Source: an uncultured Chloroflexia bacterium (GTDB lineage Bacteria; Chloroflexota; Dehalococcoidia; DSTF01; WHTK01). Taken from it: a stretch of 64,000 bases of DNA. Shown piece after piece: positions 55,830 through 64,000 of the stretch. The translations under genes and the position numbers were made by a program. The stretch is taken from contig CAVQCN010000001.1 of the NCBI GenBank assembly GCA_963711035.1, forward strand, positions 1,025,942 through 1,089,941, written 5' to 3'. The notes below the pieces were generated by a model. That model was not told where the DNA came from. It was given only the letters and a program-made list of their open reading frames with translations, and did no database searches. The first letter of the stretch is position 1; the number at the start of each line of letters is the position of its first letter.

Positions 55830-56391
55830 GCGGTGCGACGAGTTGGCTGCGCAGCGTGCCGGCTGCATCCTGTGGCCGGACGCGTGGAGTCGATTCGCCG
55901 TAGTCCTCGGGGTCGACCTCGAGTACGATCAGGGCCGGGCCACCCGACGAGAGGATGCCGGGCAGCCGCTCACGCAGCACGCCGATGTCGTCGAAGCTCT
56001 CCGACTGGTGATAGCCGGCACCGCGGCCCAGCGCGGCGAAGTCGACCTTGTCGCCGCCGGGCGTGATCTGCTTGCCTGAGGTCTCGTAGACGCGATTGAC
56101 GAGGACGAAATGGTAGTAGTTGGCCGGCTCGGCGCCGGCCACGCTGGCGAGGCCGCCCAGCTGCATGAGCAGGCTGCCATCCCCATCGATGACGTAGATG
56201 CGGCGGTCGGGCTGCGCCAGCGCCAGGCCCAGGCCCAACGACGCGGCGCCGCCCATGCAGCCGATGCAGTCGATGTGGCGCTCGCCGGCGGCGCCGGACT
56301 CTGCCCAGGGCAGGACGGAGCGCATCGTCGTAACGCTGACGCCGTCGCCTTTGGTGGCGGCGATGAGCTCGATTGCCTCGTCACGCTTCAT
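55830..56391 (-). CDS. Sulfopyruvate/phosphonopyruvate decarboxylase beta-subunit-like (TPP-binding C-terminal domain); 3' end uncertain
   Basis: Internal ATG 56389-56391 gives MKRDEAIELIAATKGDGVSVTTMRSVLPW...IDCIGCMGGAASLGLGLALAQPDRRIYVIDGDGSLLMQLGGLASV...; the track frame has no stop until 54808 and runs antisense through the sortase gene. Confidence 0.6.
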
Positions 56392-56404
56392 GCTCTGGTC
56401 CCGT

Positions 56405-56920
56405 CTAGGAGGTTGGCGCGCCGAGCAGCACAATCGTAGGACAGCGCTCCTCCCGGCTCTGGATGAAGGCCTCGCGCAGGAAATGGACGTCCTCTGGACC
56501 GTCGATCAAGTAGCAGGGCACGCCGAGTGTCTGCATAACCGGCGCGATGAGGCGCGTAGCGCTGTTCTGGCGCTCGTCGATGGGCAGATTGACGTCGCGG
56601 CCGAACTGGCCGACGACCATGCAGGTCGGCACGCGCATGTCCATGGCGATGCCGCGCAAGGCGTTCATGCCAGCAAAGACGCCGACGTTCTGGATCATGA
56701 CGAGGGGGTTGGCGCCGCCCATCCAGAGACCGGCGTTGGTGCAGACGGCCTCGTGCTCGGTGCTGAGGGTGACGAGGGTGAAGCGCGGGTCTTCGGTTAC
56801 AGCCTGCAGGAGGGTGCGCTGGTGCGTGTCGGGCACATTGACGATGTGGGTCACACCCAGCGCTACGATCTCGTCGTGCAGCAGAGCGGCCGGTACCGAC
56901 TGGACTACGGGAGTGGTCAT
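56405..56920 (-). CDS. Sulfopyruvate/phosphonopyruvate decarboxylase alpha-subunit-like (TPP enzyme N-terminal domain)
   Basis: Internal ATG gives MTTPVVQSVPAALLHDEIVALGVTHIVNVPDTHQRTLLQAV...CTNAGLWMGGANPLVMIQNVGVFAGMNALRG...; immediately upstream of the beta-like gene. Confidence 0.7.
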   Translation of the reverse strand: MTTPVVQSVPAALLHDEIVALGVTHIVNVPDTHQRTLLQAVTEDPRFTLVTLSTEHEAVCTNAGLWMGGANPLVMIQNVGVFAGMNALRGIAMDMRVPTCMVVGQFGRDVNLPIDERQNSATRLIAPVMQTLGVPCYLIDGPEDVHFLREAFIQSREERCPTIVLLGAPTS

Positions 56921-57008
56921 AAAGCTCCTCTGAGGCTGACTGAGTCGAGGGACATTATAGACGGGCCGCGGCTTGCCGCCCACGTCGCCAGATTGCAGAA
57001 TGACGAGT

Positions 57009-57100
57009 GGAGAGGTGGCAGAGTGGTTGAATGCGGCGGTCTCGAAAACCGTTATACGGGTTCTCTCGTATCCAGGGTTCGAATCCCTGCCTCTCCGCCA
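57009..57100 (+). tRNA. tRNA-Ser (anticodon CGA), type II with long variable arm, CCA encoded
   Basis: GGAGAGG acceptor 5' arm / CCTCTCC 3' arm + G + CCA; D-loop AGTGGTTGAA; anticodon loop CT-CGA-AA; variable stem-loop CGTTATACGGGTTCTCTCGTATC; T-arm CAGGGTTCGAATCCCTG. Confidence 0.9.
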
Positions 57101-57139
57101 TTCCGATTCTAAAACTTAGGTAAAGCTAGCATCGAAAGA

Positions 57140-57161
57140 GCCGCCCGAGAGGCGGCTTTTT
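57140..57161 (+). terminator. Rho-independent terminator after tRNA-Ser
   Basis: gccgcc-cgaga-ggcggc followed by ttttt. Confidence 0.6.
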
Positions 57162-57259
57162 CGTCGTTTGACAGCAGTTCTGACAGCAACCTGGGCGGAC
57201 GTTGGCAACTGTAGATGGATTTTTGGGCCGATTCGGGTCGCTTCGAAATATTCGCGGGG

Positions 57260-58265
57260 CTAGGCTTCGGCGAAAAGGACCTGCATCTTCTTCGCAGCGT
57301 CAGCATGGATGGCTGGCGTGACGTGGGAGTAGGTGTCTAGCGTCAGGGTGACTGTGCTGTGGCCGAGCAGCTCCTGGACGATCTTGGGGTTCTCGCCGCG
57401 GGCCAGGTAAAGGGTGGCTGCGGTGTGCCGCAGGTCGTGCACACGAACGCGCGGCAGGCCAGCGCGGCCGAGGATTCGGGTGAGGCAGGGCCCAGGCGAG
57501 CTTCTCTTCGATCTGCTGGCGTCGGTGCTCCCGCAGCGCCTGGGCGGTCCCTTCCGGGAAGTAAACGGTTCTCCGGCTCTTGGTCGTCTTTGGGCCAACG
57601 AAGACGAGGCCGACACCCTTTTGGCGTTGCAGAGCGCGCCGGACAATGAGGCGATTCTGGTCCAAGTCGAACTCGTCCCAGCGTAACCCAGTGGCTTCAC
57701 CAACACGGAGGCCGGTGGAGGCGAGGAGCACCCAGAGGGCATGCAGACGATGATCCTGTGTCGCCGGAAAGAAGCGCCTGACTTCGTCTTCGCTGAGAGT
57801 GTGCATCTCGTTGCGTTCGGGTCGAGGCACGCTCACCGCTTCGGAGGGATTTCGACCGATGGAGCCCCACTGCACCGCTCTCTCGAGAGCTTTGTGCAGA
57901 ACAGTGTGGACTTGGACCACAGAGCGTCGGCTGAGGCCACGTTCGATTAGATCGGCGTATGCTCGTTCGATTGCGGCCGGGGTGAGTGTGCTCAGACGAA
58001 TGCGGCCAATCAACGGCTTCAGGCGCCGAACGTTGAGGTCGTAGGACTCGTAGGTTCGCGGCCGTACGCTGCCTTCTTTAGCCCCGAGAAGTCTTCCGCG
58101 AGCATGAAGGCCACAAGACTGACCCACATGATCCATTCGTCCGGGAAGAACGGCGTCCGGGCTGGGCATCAATCGCTCGGTCGAGCGATAGCCCGTACGC
58201 CGTCCAAGGCTAGATTCGCCTATCCAAACGGCTCTCTTCGAGTGCCGATTGGACGCTTCGCCCAA
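57260..58265 (-). pseudogene. Tyrosine-type integrase, disrupted: N-terminal/core in 57300..58265, catalytic C-terminus in a different frame (57260..57742)
   Basis: Frame A: ...LRWDEFDLDQNRLIVRRALQRQKGVGLVFVGPKTTKSRRTVYFPEGTAQALREHRRQQIEEKLAW then junk; frame B: ...LGRAGLPRVRVHDLRHTAATLYLARGENPKIVQELLGHSTVTLTLDTYSHV...*. About 25-30 aa normally found between these segments are missing. Confidence 0.8.
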
Positions 58266-58344
58266 AACTCTGTGACGACCGACTTGCTATTTCAGCCCAC
58301 CAGGGCGATGTATGTCGTCGCCTTTGAAAGGAGGGCTGAGAAAC

Positions 58345-58596
58345 ATGGCGATTGAGAATCGCAACCTCGAAGCCGGATTTCGCCTGGTGGCGACCTACAA
58401 GAAGAACCAACTGGCCAGGTTGAGACTGAGGTCGCGGCTCGCTTTGGCAGCGACTACTCCGGCTGCTACGAGACGCACTTCACGGCCGCATGGCCGGGAG
58501 AAGACTGCGACGGCCCTTTCAGCCGCTGCTCGGAACACGGCCCCGGTTGCCTGGTCGAGGTCATACCTGTGCGATCGATGCAGCTACGGCGAGTGA
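58345..58596 (+). CDS. Hypothetical small Arg/Ala-rich protein in the low-GC island stretch
   Basis: Internal ATG of track ORF 58312..58596 with AGGAGG 9 nt upstream: MAIENRNLEAGFRLVATYKKNQLARLRLRS...CDRCSYGE. Confidence 0.3.
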   Translation: MAIENRNLEAGFRLVATYKKNQLARLRLRSRLALAATTPAATRRTSRPHGREKTATALSAAARNTAPVAWSRSYLCDRCSYGE

Positions 58597-58822
58597 TCAT
58601 CCAGTCAGGCGCAGTTAGCGAATTCGGCTGAACGGCGCGGCCCGGCAAAGAACCTCAGCGCCTCCTCAGCTTGCTCTACCATATGTACCTCTGCGGCGAG
58701 ACCAGAGTCGCACCGCCCGTCTTCTCTTGAGCTCCACATCACGGCCGTCGTATTTGAATAGGTAGATCAAAACTGGAAGAGCCCAAGAGCGCCGCTACAT
58801 ATTTTCCGGAGGTTGTTAACCG

Positions 58823-61345
58823 ATGAATGGGCAATCCAGCGCCGACCTGCCCGAGGCTCCCGAACCGAACCCTGAATTGACTGCTGACGCGAACGGCGAT
58901 CTAAAATCCTTGCCCCTGGCGGAAGTGGAGCAGAAATTGAGGTCGTCGCCGGATGGCCTCAGTCAAGCCGAGGCGCAGAAACGGCTGGCCCAGTACGGGC
59001 CTAACGAGATCGAAGAAACAAAAGCCAATCCGTTTCTCAAATTCCTCACCTATTTCTGGGGCCCCATTCCCTGGATGATCGAAGCCGCCGTAATCCTTTC
59101 GGCCGTCGCCCGGCACTGGCCTGACTTCGGCATCATCCTCCTGCTTCTGGTTGCCAACGCTGTGGTTGGGTTCTGGGAAGAACACCAGGCCGGCAACGCT
59201 ATCGAGGCCCTCAAGGCCAATCTGGCGATTAAGGCCCGGGTGAAAAGGGACGGGAAGTGGATAAATCCCGCGGCGCGCGAGTTGGTGCCGGGCGATGTCA
59301 TTCGCCTGCGTCTCGGCGACATTGTGCCGGCGGATGCCCGCCTGCTGGATGGCGACCCGGTGGAAGTAGACCAGTCGGCCCTGACCGGAGAGTCGCTGCC
59401 CGCAGAGCGCAAATCGGGCGACGCGGTGTTTTCCGGTTCGATCATCCGCCAGGGCGAAATCGGGGCACTGGTTTATGCCACCGGCGGTAAGACCTATTTC
59501 GGCAAGACGGCGTCGCTTGTGCAGGAGGCACACACGATCAGCCACTTTCAACGCGCGGTGCTGAAGATCGGCAATTACCTGATCATCCTGGCCGTAGCGC
59601 TGGTGGCGGTGATCATTGCGGTCTCGGTCCTGCGCGGCGACCCCATCTTGACCACGTTGCAGTTCTCCCTGGTGCTGACCGTGGCCGCGATTCCAGTGGC
59701 GATGCCGACCGTGTTGTCGGTGACCATGGCGGTCGGCGCGCGCCTTCTCGCCGGGAAGCAGGCGATTGTGAGCCGGTTGGTCGCGATCGAGGAGCTGGCG
59801 GGCGTGGACATACTGTGCGCGGACAAGACCGGCACCCTGACCCAGAACAAGCTGACGTTGGGTGATCCGTTTAGCGTGAATGATGGCGCCGTCGAGCAAG
59901 TCATCCTTAACGGAGCGCTGGCCTCACGCGCGGACAACAACGACACCATCGATCTAGCCGTCCTGGGCGGACTCAAAGACCAGGAGGCCCTGCAGAGCTA
60001 TCAGGTGGTCCATTTCCAGCCATTCGACCCCGTGCACAAGCGCACCGAAGCCACCGTCAAAGGCCAGGACGGCCAGACATTCAAAGTAACGAAGGGCGCA
60101 CCGCAGGTCATTCTGGAATTGTCCGCCAACACCCGCGAAGTGCAGCCCACCGTCGACAAGGCCGTCAACGAATTTGCGGCTCGCGGCTTTCGTTCACTCG
60201 GTGTGGCGCGAGCCGATGGCGACGACCAATGGCAGTTTGTCGGCGTGTTGCCCCTGTTCGATCCGCCTCGCGACGACGCCAGGGCGACCATCGCCACCGC
60301 GCTATCAATGGGCGTGAAGATCAAGATGGTGACGGGAGATGCGCTCGCCATCGCCAAGGAGACAGCCCAAAAGCTGGGTATGGGCGCCAACATCCTCGAT
60401 GCGACGAGCCTGGGCGACTCGAAAAGGCAGGAGACCCCAGAAGTGGCGGAATCCATCGAGAATGCCGACGGCTTCGCCCAGGTGTTCCCCGAGCACAAAT
60501 TCCACATCGTGGCTGTTCTCCAGAAACGGGGCCACATCGTCGGCATGACAGGCGACGGGGTGAATGATGCCCCGGCGCTAAAGAAGGCCGACTGCGGCAT
60601 CGCCGTTTCAAGCGCGACGGACGCGGCGCGCGCGGCGGCTTCAATCGTACTGACGACGGCCGGTTTGGCGGTGATCATTGACGCGATCAAGGAGAGCCGC
60701 CGTATCTTCCAGCGGATGAACAGCTACGCGATCTACCGCATCGCCGAGACCCTGCGTGTGCTCCTGTTCATGACCTTGGCGATTCTGATTTTCAATTTCT
60801 ATCCGGTTACAGCGGTCATGATCGTGATGCTGGCGTTGCTCAATGACGGAGCAATCCTGTCGATAGCCTATGACAACGTTCATTACAAGAATCAGCCCGA
60901 GGCTTGGAACATGCCGCTAGTGCTCGGGATCGCCACGGTCCTGGGCGTCATCGGGGTTATCTCGGCATTCGGTTTGTTCTATCTGGGTGAGCGGGTCTTT
61001 GATCTCGACCGTTCGCACGTTCAGACGTTGATGTATCTGAAGCTGTCCGTGGCGGGACATCTGACGATCTTTCTTACGCGCACGCGTGGCCCCTTTTGGT
61101 CCATACGCCCCGCACGGATTCTCTGGATAGCGGTACTCGGTACCCAAGCTATAGCGACCTTGATTGCGGTCTATGGCTTGTTCATGACACCCCTAGGCTG
61201 GGGCTGGGCCCTGTTCGTTTGGGGCTACGCTCTGGCGTGGTTTCTGGTAAATGACCGCGTGAAATTGCTAGCGTACCGGATTCTTGATCCCGCCAAAGCC
61301 AACATAAGGCCGGATTTGACGTCACAGCTCACCATGCCGGCCTAA
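58823..61345 (+). CDS. P-type ATPase, plasma-membrane H+-ATPase-like (type IIIA)
   Basis: 840 aa; TGES, CADKTGTLTQNKLTL, MVTGDALAIAKETAQKLGM, GDGVNDAPALKKADCGIAV, 10 TM; GGAGG RBS; A/T-ending codons (aaa, gaa, att) unlike the flanking core genes. Confidence 0.92.
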   Translation: MNGQSSADLPEAPEPNPELTADANGDLKSLPLAEVEQKLRSSPDGLSQAEAQKRLAQYGPNEIEETKANPFLKFLTYFWGPIPWMIEAAVILSAVARHWPDFGIILLLLVANAVVGFWEEHQAGNAIEALKANLAIKARVKRDGKWINPAARELVPGDVIRLRLGDIVPADARLLDGDPVEVDQSALTGESLPAERKSGDAVFSGSIIRQGEIGALVYATGGKTYFGKTASLVQEAHTISHFQRAVLKIGNYLIILAVALVAVIIAVSVLRGDPILTTLQFSLVLTVAAIPVAMPTVLSVTMAVGARLLAGKQAIVSRLVAIEELAGVDILCADKTGTLTQNKLTLGDPFSVNDGAVEQVILNGALASRADNNDTIDLAVLGGLKDQEALQSYQVVHFQPFDPVHKRTEATVKGQDGQTFKVTKGAPQVILELSANTREVQPTVDKAVNEFAARGFRSLGVARADGDDQWQFVGVLPLFDPPRDDARATIATALSMGVKIKMVTGDALAIAKETAQKLGMGANILDATSLGDSKRQETPEVAESIENADGFAQVFPEHKFHIVAVLQKRGHIVGMTGDGVNDAPALKKADCGIAVSSATDAARAAASIVLTTAGLAVIIDAIKESRRIFQRMNSYAIYRIAETLRVLLFMTLAILIFNFYPVTAVMIVMLALLNDGAILSIAYDNVHYKNQPEAWNMPLVLGIATVLGVIGVISAFGLFYLGERVFDLDRSHVQTLMYLKLSVAGHLTIFLTRTRGPFWSIRPARILWIAVLGTQAIATLIAVYGLFMTPLGWGWALFVWGYALAWFLVNDRVKLLAYRILDPAKANIRPDLTSQLTMPA

Positions 61346-61659
61346 GAAACGTAGGAGACAGGCCTCACGCTTGGCGTCGCGGTTGGGTAATTCCTCCAGC
61401 TCTGTTTCGTCCGACTCCGGTAGAGTCAGCCCTTCTGTCTTCTGACGAGGGCCGGGTTTCAAGCGGGCTGCGCTCCCAGCCGTTCACTGGCAAAAGATAC
61501 CAGGCAGCACCAGATGCCCGGAGTTGGCCAGCCATGGTTTCGGCGACGAAGTAGCGCCCAGCGAACTCTTCGTGTGACAGCTCCCGCCCGACCGTATCAA
61601 CGACGCATTGAAGAATGCATTGCGAGCGGAAAGGCTCACGGCGCCGACTTGGGCCATAA

Positions 61660-61911
61660 CTAGGTGTCGCTTGGCTGGGATGATCGGTCCGGTGCGGCGG
61701 CGCAAACAACGCCGAGGATGTGAACCATGTTCCCATCCGAGAACACGATCACGTGCCGGATTTCCTTCACCTCCAAGCTTCTCTTTCCCTGAGAGCCGGA
61801 TTCAATATCCAGGATTTCCCCAACGTGCATTGCCAGGAAGGGCGTAGAAGACTCGTAGCTTGCCAGCAGCGCATCAGTGCCCTCCTCGTAGACCTCCAGC
61901 TTGTAGTTCAT
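61660..61911 (-). CDS. Hypothetical 83-aa protein
   Basis: MNYKLEVYEEGTDALLASYESSTPFLAMHVGEILDIESGSQGKRSLEVKEIRHVIVFSDG...; no family recognised. Confidence 0.35.
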   Translation of the reverse strand: MNYKLEVYEEGTDALLASYESSTPFLAMHVGEILDIESGSQGKRSLEVKEIRHVIVFSDGNMVHILGVVCAAAPDRSSQPSDT

Positions 61912-62034
61912 CGCCTTCTCCTGTTTAGCTTCACAGGTGCGCAGCCAGACAACTACCCAGAACGGGTCGCCGACGAATCGTCGCCTGTGATTCTCTGCGA
62001 GAGTTAAGTGCGGTTCCTGAGCTGCACGGGCTTC

Positions 62035-62349
62035 TCAAGGCAGGTGATGGTGCAGATGAAAGCCAACGTGGCCTGCGTCTGGCCGATGGATCGAAGAATC
62101 CCGGATCGCCGCGCGTGTGAGCCTCAGGATGGCCGTACCATTTTCCTCGCGCTCGACCGTATCCGAGTTGAGCCACCAATCGGGCGCAAACTGGATGTCG
62201 AGCTTGAAGCACGAGTCACTTACTTCCTCGACCCGGCCCAATTCAAAGCCGTCCAAACTGTAAACCAGCGTGCCAATCGGTGGCGTGGTCGATGATGACA
62301 CCATGCCTGTTTCCTTTCCACGATCGAGTCGAGGGGTGAAGCTCGGCAC
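62035..62349 (-). CDS. Hypothetical small protein, possibly PRC-barrel-like; start may be at the internal Met (MVSSS...)
   Basis: ...PIGTLVYSLDGFELGRVEEVSDSCFKLDIQFAPDWWLNSDTVEREENGTAILRLTRAAI pattern resembles small PRC-barrel/DUF2171 proteins. Confidence 0.4.
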   Translation of the reverse strand: MPSFTPRLDRGKETGMVSSSTTPPIGTLVYSLDGFELGRVEEVSDSCFKLDIQFAPDWWLNSDTVEREENGTAILRLTRAAIRDSSIHRPDAGHVGFHLHHHLP

Positions 62350-62398
62350 CTCTGCAGCGAGCTAGTTCAAGCCATGGTCAGACCGGAAGCGATCAGCC

Positions 62399-63100
62399 TC
62401 ACTGGCGGTTGAGATTTTGGACTTCGAGGTTCTCTCTGACTTCGACTACACCCGGCACGCGGCTGGCAACTGCTTCGGCGTTTTCGGCGTCTTCAAGGCT
62501 GGATACGCTGCCGCGCAATTCTGCTATCCCGCCCTCGACGCTGACCTGGACCTGTAGATCGGTGGTGGCGGCGTCCTCTCTAAGCTCCCGCCGGATGGCT
62601 GCGGCAATCGAACCGTCACTGTAGCGCTCGCCCAGAGTCGATGATTCGACAACGGCCGAATCGTCTGAACTGAACTCGAAGCCGCCAAGGATCTCACCCT
62701 CAGGCGTCAGGACAGGGTCGGTCGGCGGGACGTAGACGTCGTCGCCTTCGGAGATGTCCTCGTCGCTGGTGAAGCCACTCGGACCCTCAGCGCCAAGAGT
62801 AGTGCTGACGATCACCTGATCGCCGAAATCGCCAGGCTCCAGGGTCTGGTTTTTGGACGCCTCCGTTGTTTCGCTGCCAAGAGCCCCCGATGGAACGTCC
62901 ATCAGCTCCAGGTTGTCCACGATGCGCTTGCTCGGCGCGATGGCAGACACGATATCCATCGCCGCCTGGCGTTGCTCTTCCGAGCCGATCAGGCCGCTGA
63001 GAACAATTGCCGTCGCCGTCTCCTCGACAGCTGCATAGACCCCGGCTTGCTCTGCAAGTTGCTGTTCGATGTCGTTGCTTGTTCCAGCCATCAATGACAC
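62399..63100 (-). CDS. BON-domain protein (OsmY-like, two BON repeats)
   Basis: ...AAMDIVSAIAPSKRIVDNLEL... and ...VQVSVEGGIAELRGSVSSLEDAENAEAVASRVPGVVEVRENLEV BON signatures separated by an acidic linker. Confidence 0.8.
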   Translation of the reverse strand: MSLMAGTSNDIEQQLAEQAGVYAAVEETATAIVLSGLIGSEEQRQAAMDIVSAIAPSKRIVDNLELMDVPSGALGSETTEASKNQTLEPGDFGDQVIVSTTLGAEGPSGFTSDEDISEGDDVYVPPTDPVLTPEGEILGGFEFSSDDSAVVESSTLGERYSDGSIAAAIRRELREDAATTDLQVQVSVEGGIAELRGSVSSLEDAENAEAVASRVPGVVEVRENLEVQNLNRQ

Positions 63101-63104
63101 TCCC

Positions 63105-63635
63105 TTACGCCGGTCGGAAGACCAGCACTGGCACCACGCCGGCCGCGATCACGGCTCCGGTGACGCTGCCGTGAATGAGCCCGCTGAGCCCGGAGCGGCC
63201 GTGAGTCGACATTGCCACGAGGTCAATGTTGCGCTGTTTGACGAAGTCGAGGATTACGTTTGCCGGCTTTTCGTCTAGGATGACCTCAGTTTGCACTTGG
63301 AGCCCGGCCGACCTGAGTGCTTCGGCCTTGTCAGCCAGGTAGTCTTTGGCCTCGTCTTCGACTCTCGCAAAGGTCTGACCGCGAAATTCATGCTCACCGG
63401 GCCGAGGCTCCACGGGCCTCTGCACCGCGCCTACTCCTCCGAACTGGGATACAGCGCTGCCCGCCTGCTCGAATCGCATCTCCGCGACGGCCTCAGACGA
63501 AGCGGCGCCGGTGAAAGGCGGCTCGATCACGAGCAACAGGAAGACGTTTGCGCCACTATCCTTTGCTATCGCTGCCGCTTTCGGAAGGATGGCCTCGGAC
63601 TCCGAAGAACCGTCGAGCGTCGCCAAGATATTCAT
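63105..63635 (-). CDS. Universal stress protein (UspA family)
   Basis: 176 aa MNILATLDGSSESEAILPKAAAIA...IDLVAMSTHGRSGLSGLIHGSVTGAVIAAGVVPVLVF. Confidence 0.85.
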   Translation of the reverse strand: MNILATLDGSSESEAILPKAAAIAKDSGANVFLLLVIEPPFTGAASSEAVAEMRFEQAGSAVSQFGGVGAVQRPVEPRPGEHEFRGQTFARVEDEAKDYLADKAEALRSAGLQVQTEVILDEKPANVILDFVKQRNIDLVAMSTHGRSGLSGLIHGSVTGAVIAAGVVPVLVFRPA

Positions 63636-64000
63636 TCCACCCTGCCTTCATACACGTTTTGGTCTCTGCACCATGGAGTGCTGCCCCATGGATCGGGGTT
63701 GTCATTGCAGCAAGGAGCACTCCTGCTGCATTAACTATGACCTCTTTGCTCAGCAACCGGCAGGGCCGGATGACTGGTTCTGGGAGGGCATGCTGGCCTG
63801 ACAGCCTTTGGTGGCTGCTCCCAAGATGAGCGAACTCTGCTCTCGGGTTCTCGCGAGCAGGGCCCTGGTCGGAATCATTCCAAGCCTGGACAGACGGCCG
63901 AACGGCTCTCTTTCTTACCAACTTATAGCACTGGGGAGGCAGCTCTCGCGCCAACTATTCTGACGTCAGGTTGGATGGAAGGAACCATAAGAACTGCACT

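Larger units (their letters stand above)
57009..64000. mobile_element. tRNA-Ser-associated genomic island (left end; right boundary beyond window)
   Basis: tRNA + terminator + degraded integrase, then genes with visibly lower G+C and different codon preference (P-type ATPase, small PRC-barrel-like proteins, BON, Usp). Confidence 0.45.

Noticed and set aside
54808-55830. Track extension of the comE-like ORF to 54808 (541 aa)
   Set aside because: Beyond roughly residue 190 the translation is Arg/Ala/Val junk running antisense through the well-supported sortase gene and across a terminator hairpin. Only the 5' ~560 nt match a TPP-enzyme beta subunit.
63556-63954. 132-aa minus-strand ORF overlapping the uspA start
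   Set aside because: Overlaps the Usp N-terminus in another frame and has low-complexity composition. The region is more likely the usp promoter with a palindrome (tgcagcaaggagcactcctgctgca at ~63700-63725).
1-64000. rRNA genes or other large structured RNAs (RNase P, tmRNA, SRP)
   Set aside because: No stretch shows the conserved rRNA/tmRNA/RNase P hallmarks. The only confident RNA gene is tRNA-Ser at 57009-57100. Intergenic regions over 150 nt were scanned by eye only, so small ncRNAs cannot be excluded.

Overview
This is a GC-rich chromosomal segment. Housekeeping operons alternate with small accessory insertions, and the window ends with a tRNA-linked island. The organism looks like a monoderm-type bacterium: tandem sortases with a cell-wall-anchored substrate, an LCP protein, MurJ, a LysM/M23 peptidase, and an actinobacterial-style nitrogen cluster (glnII-glnK-amtB, an OmpR-type GlnR-like regulator, glnA). 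Core genes present: nuoA-B-C-D (nuoD runs off the left edge), valS, cinA, pyrG behind a textbook sigma70 promoter, rho with a long leader, murJ, rpsT, dnaE, lysC-thrB, two bcp peroxiredoxins, uppP, and a fatty-acid beta-oxidation-like block (two crotonases and an acyl-CoA synthetase). Accessory content: hicBA and mazEF-like toxin-antitoxin (TA) pairs on either side of valS; a roughly 490-bp cassette encoding a DUF559 (Vsr-like) endonuclease, bounded by 37-39-nt terminal inverted repeats (TIRs) and inserted at the cinA stop codon; a copper cluster (a CopC-domain protein and a CopC-CopD-cytochrome c fusion); a REP-like repeat family dispersed in intergenic regions (REP = repetitive extragenic palindrome), including a roughly 210-bp unit repeated 2.3 times; three secreted Pro/Thr-rich proteins sharing a C-proximal PPN(T/A)GD(G/A)GL motif, of which only the copy next to the two sortases keeps the TM+RRRS sorting tail; and a tRNA-Ser(CGA)-associated low-GC island with a degraded integrase, a plasma-membrane-type P-type ATPase, a BON-domain protein and a Usp. 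At least eight genes are interrupted by single-nucleotide indels, mostly in C/G runs. This is either a read-quality artefact or real pseudogenisation and must be resolved before interpreting the broken genes. Most of the many long ORFs in the track are antisense artefacts of the high GC content.
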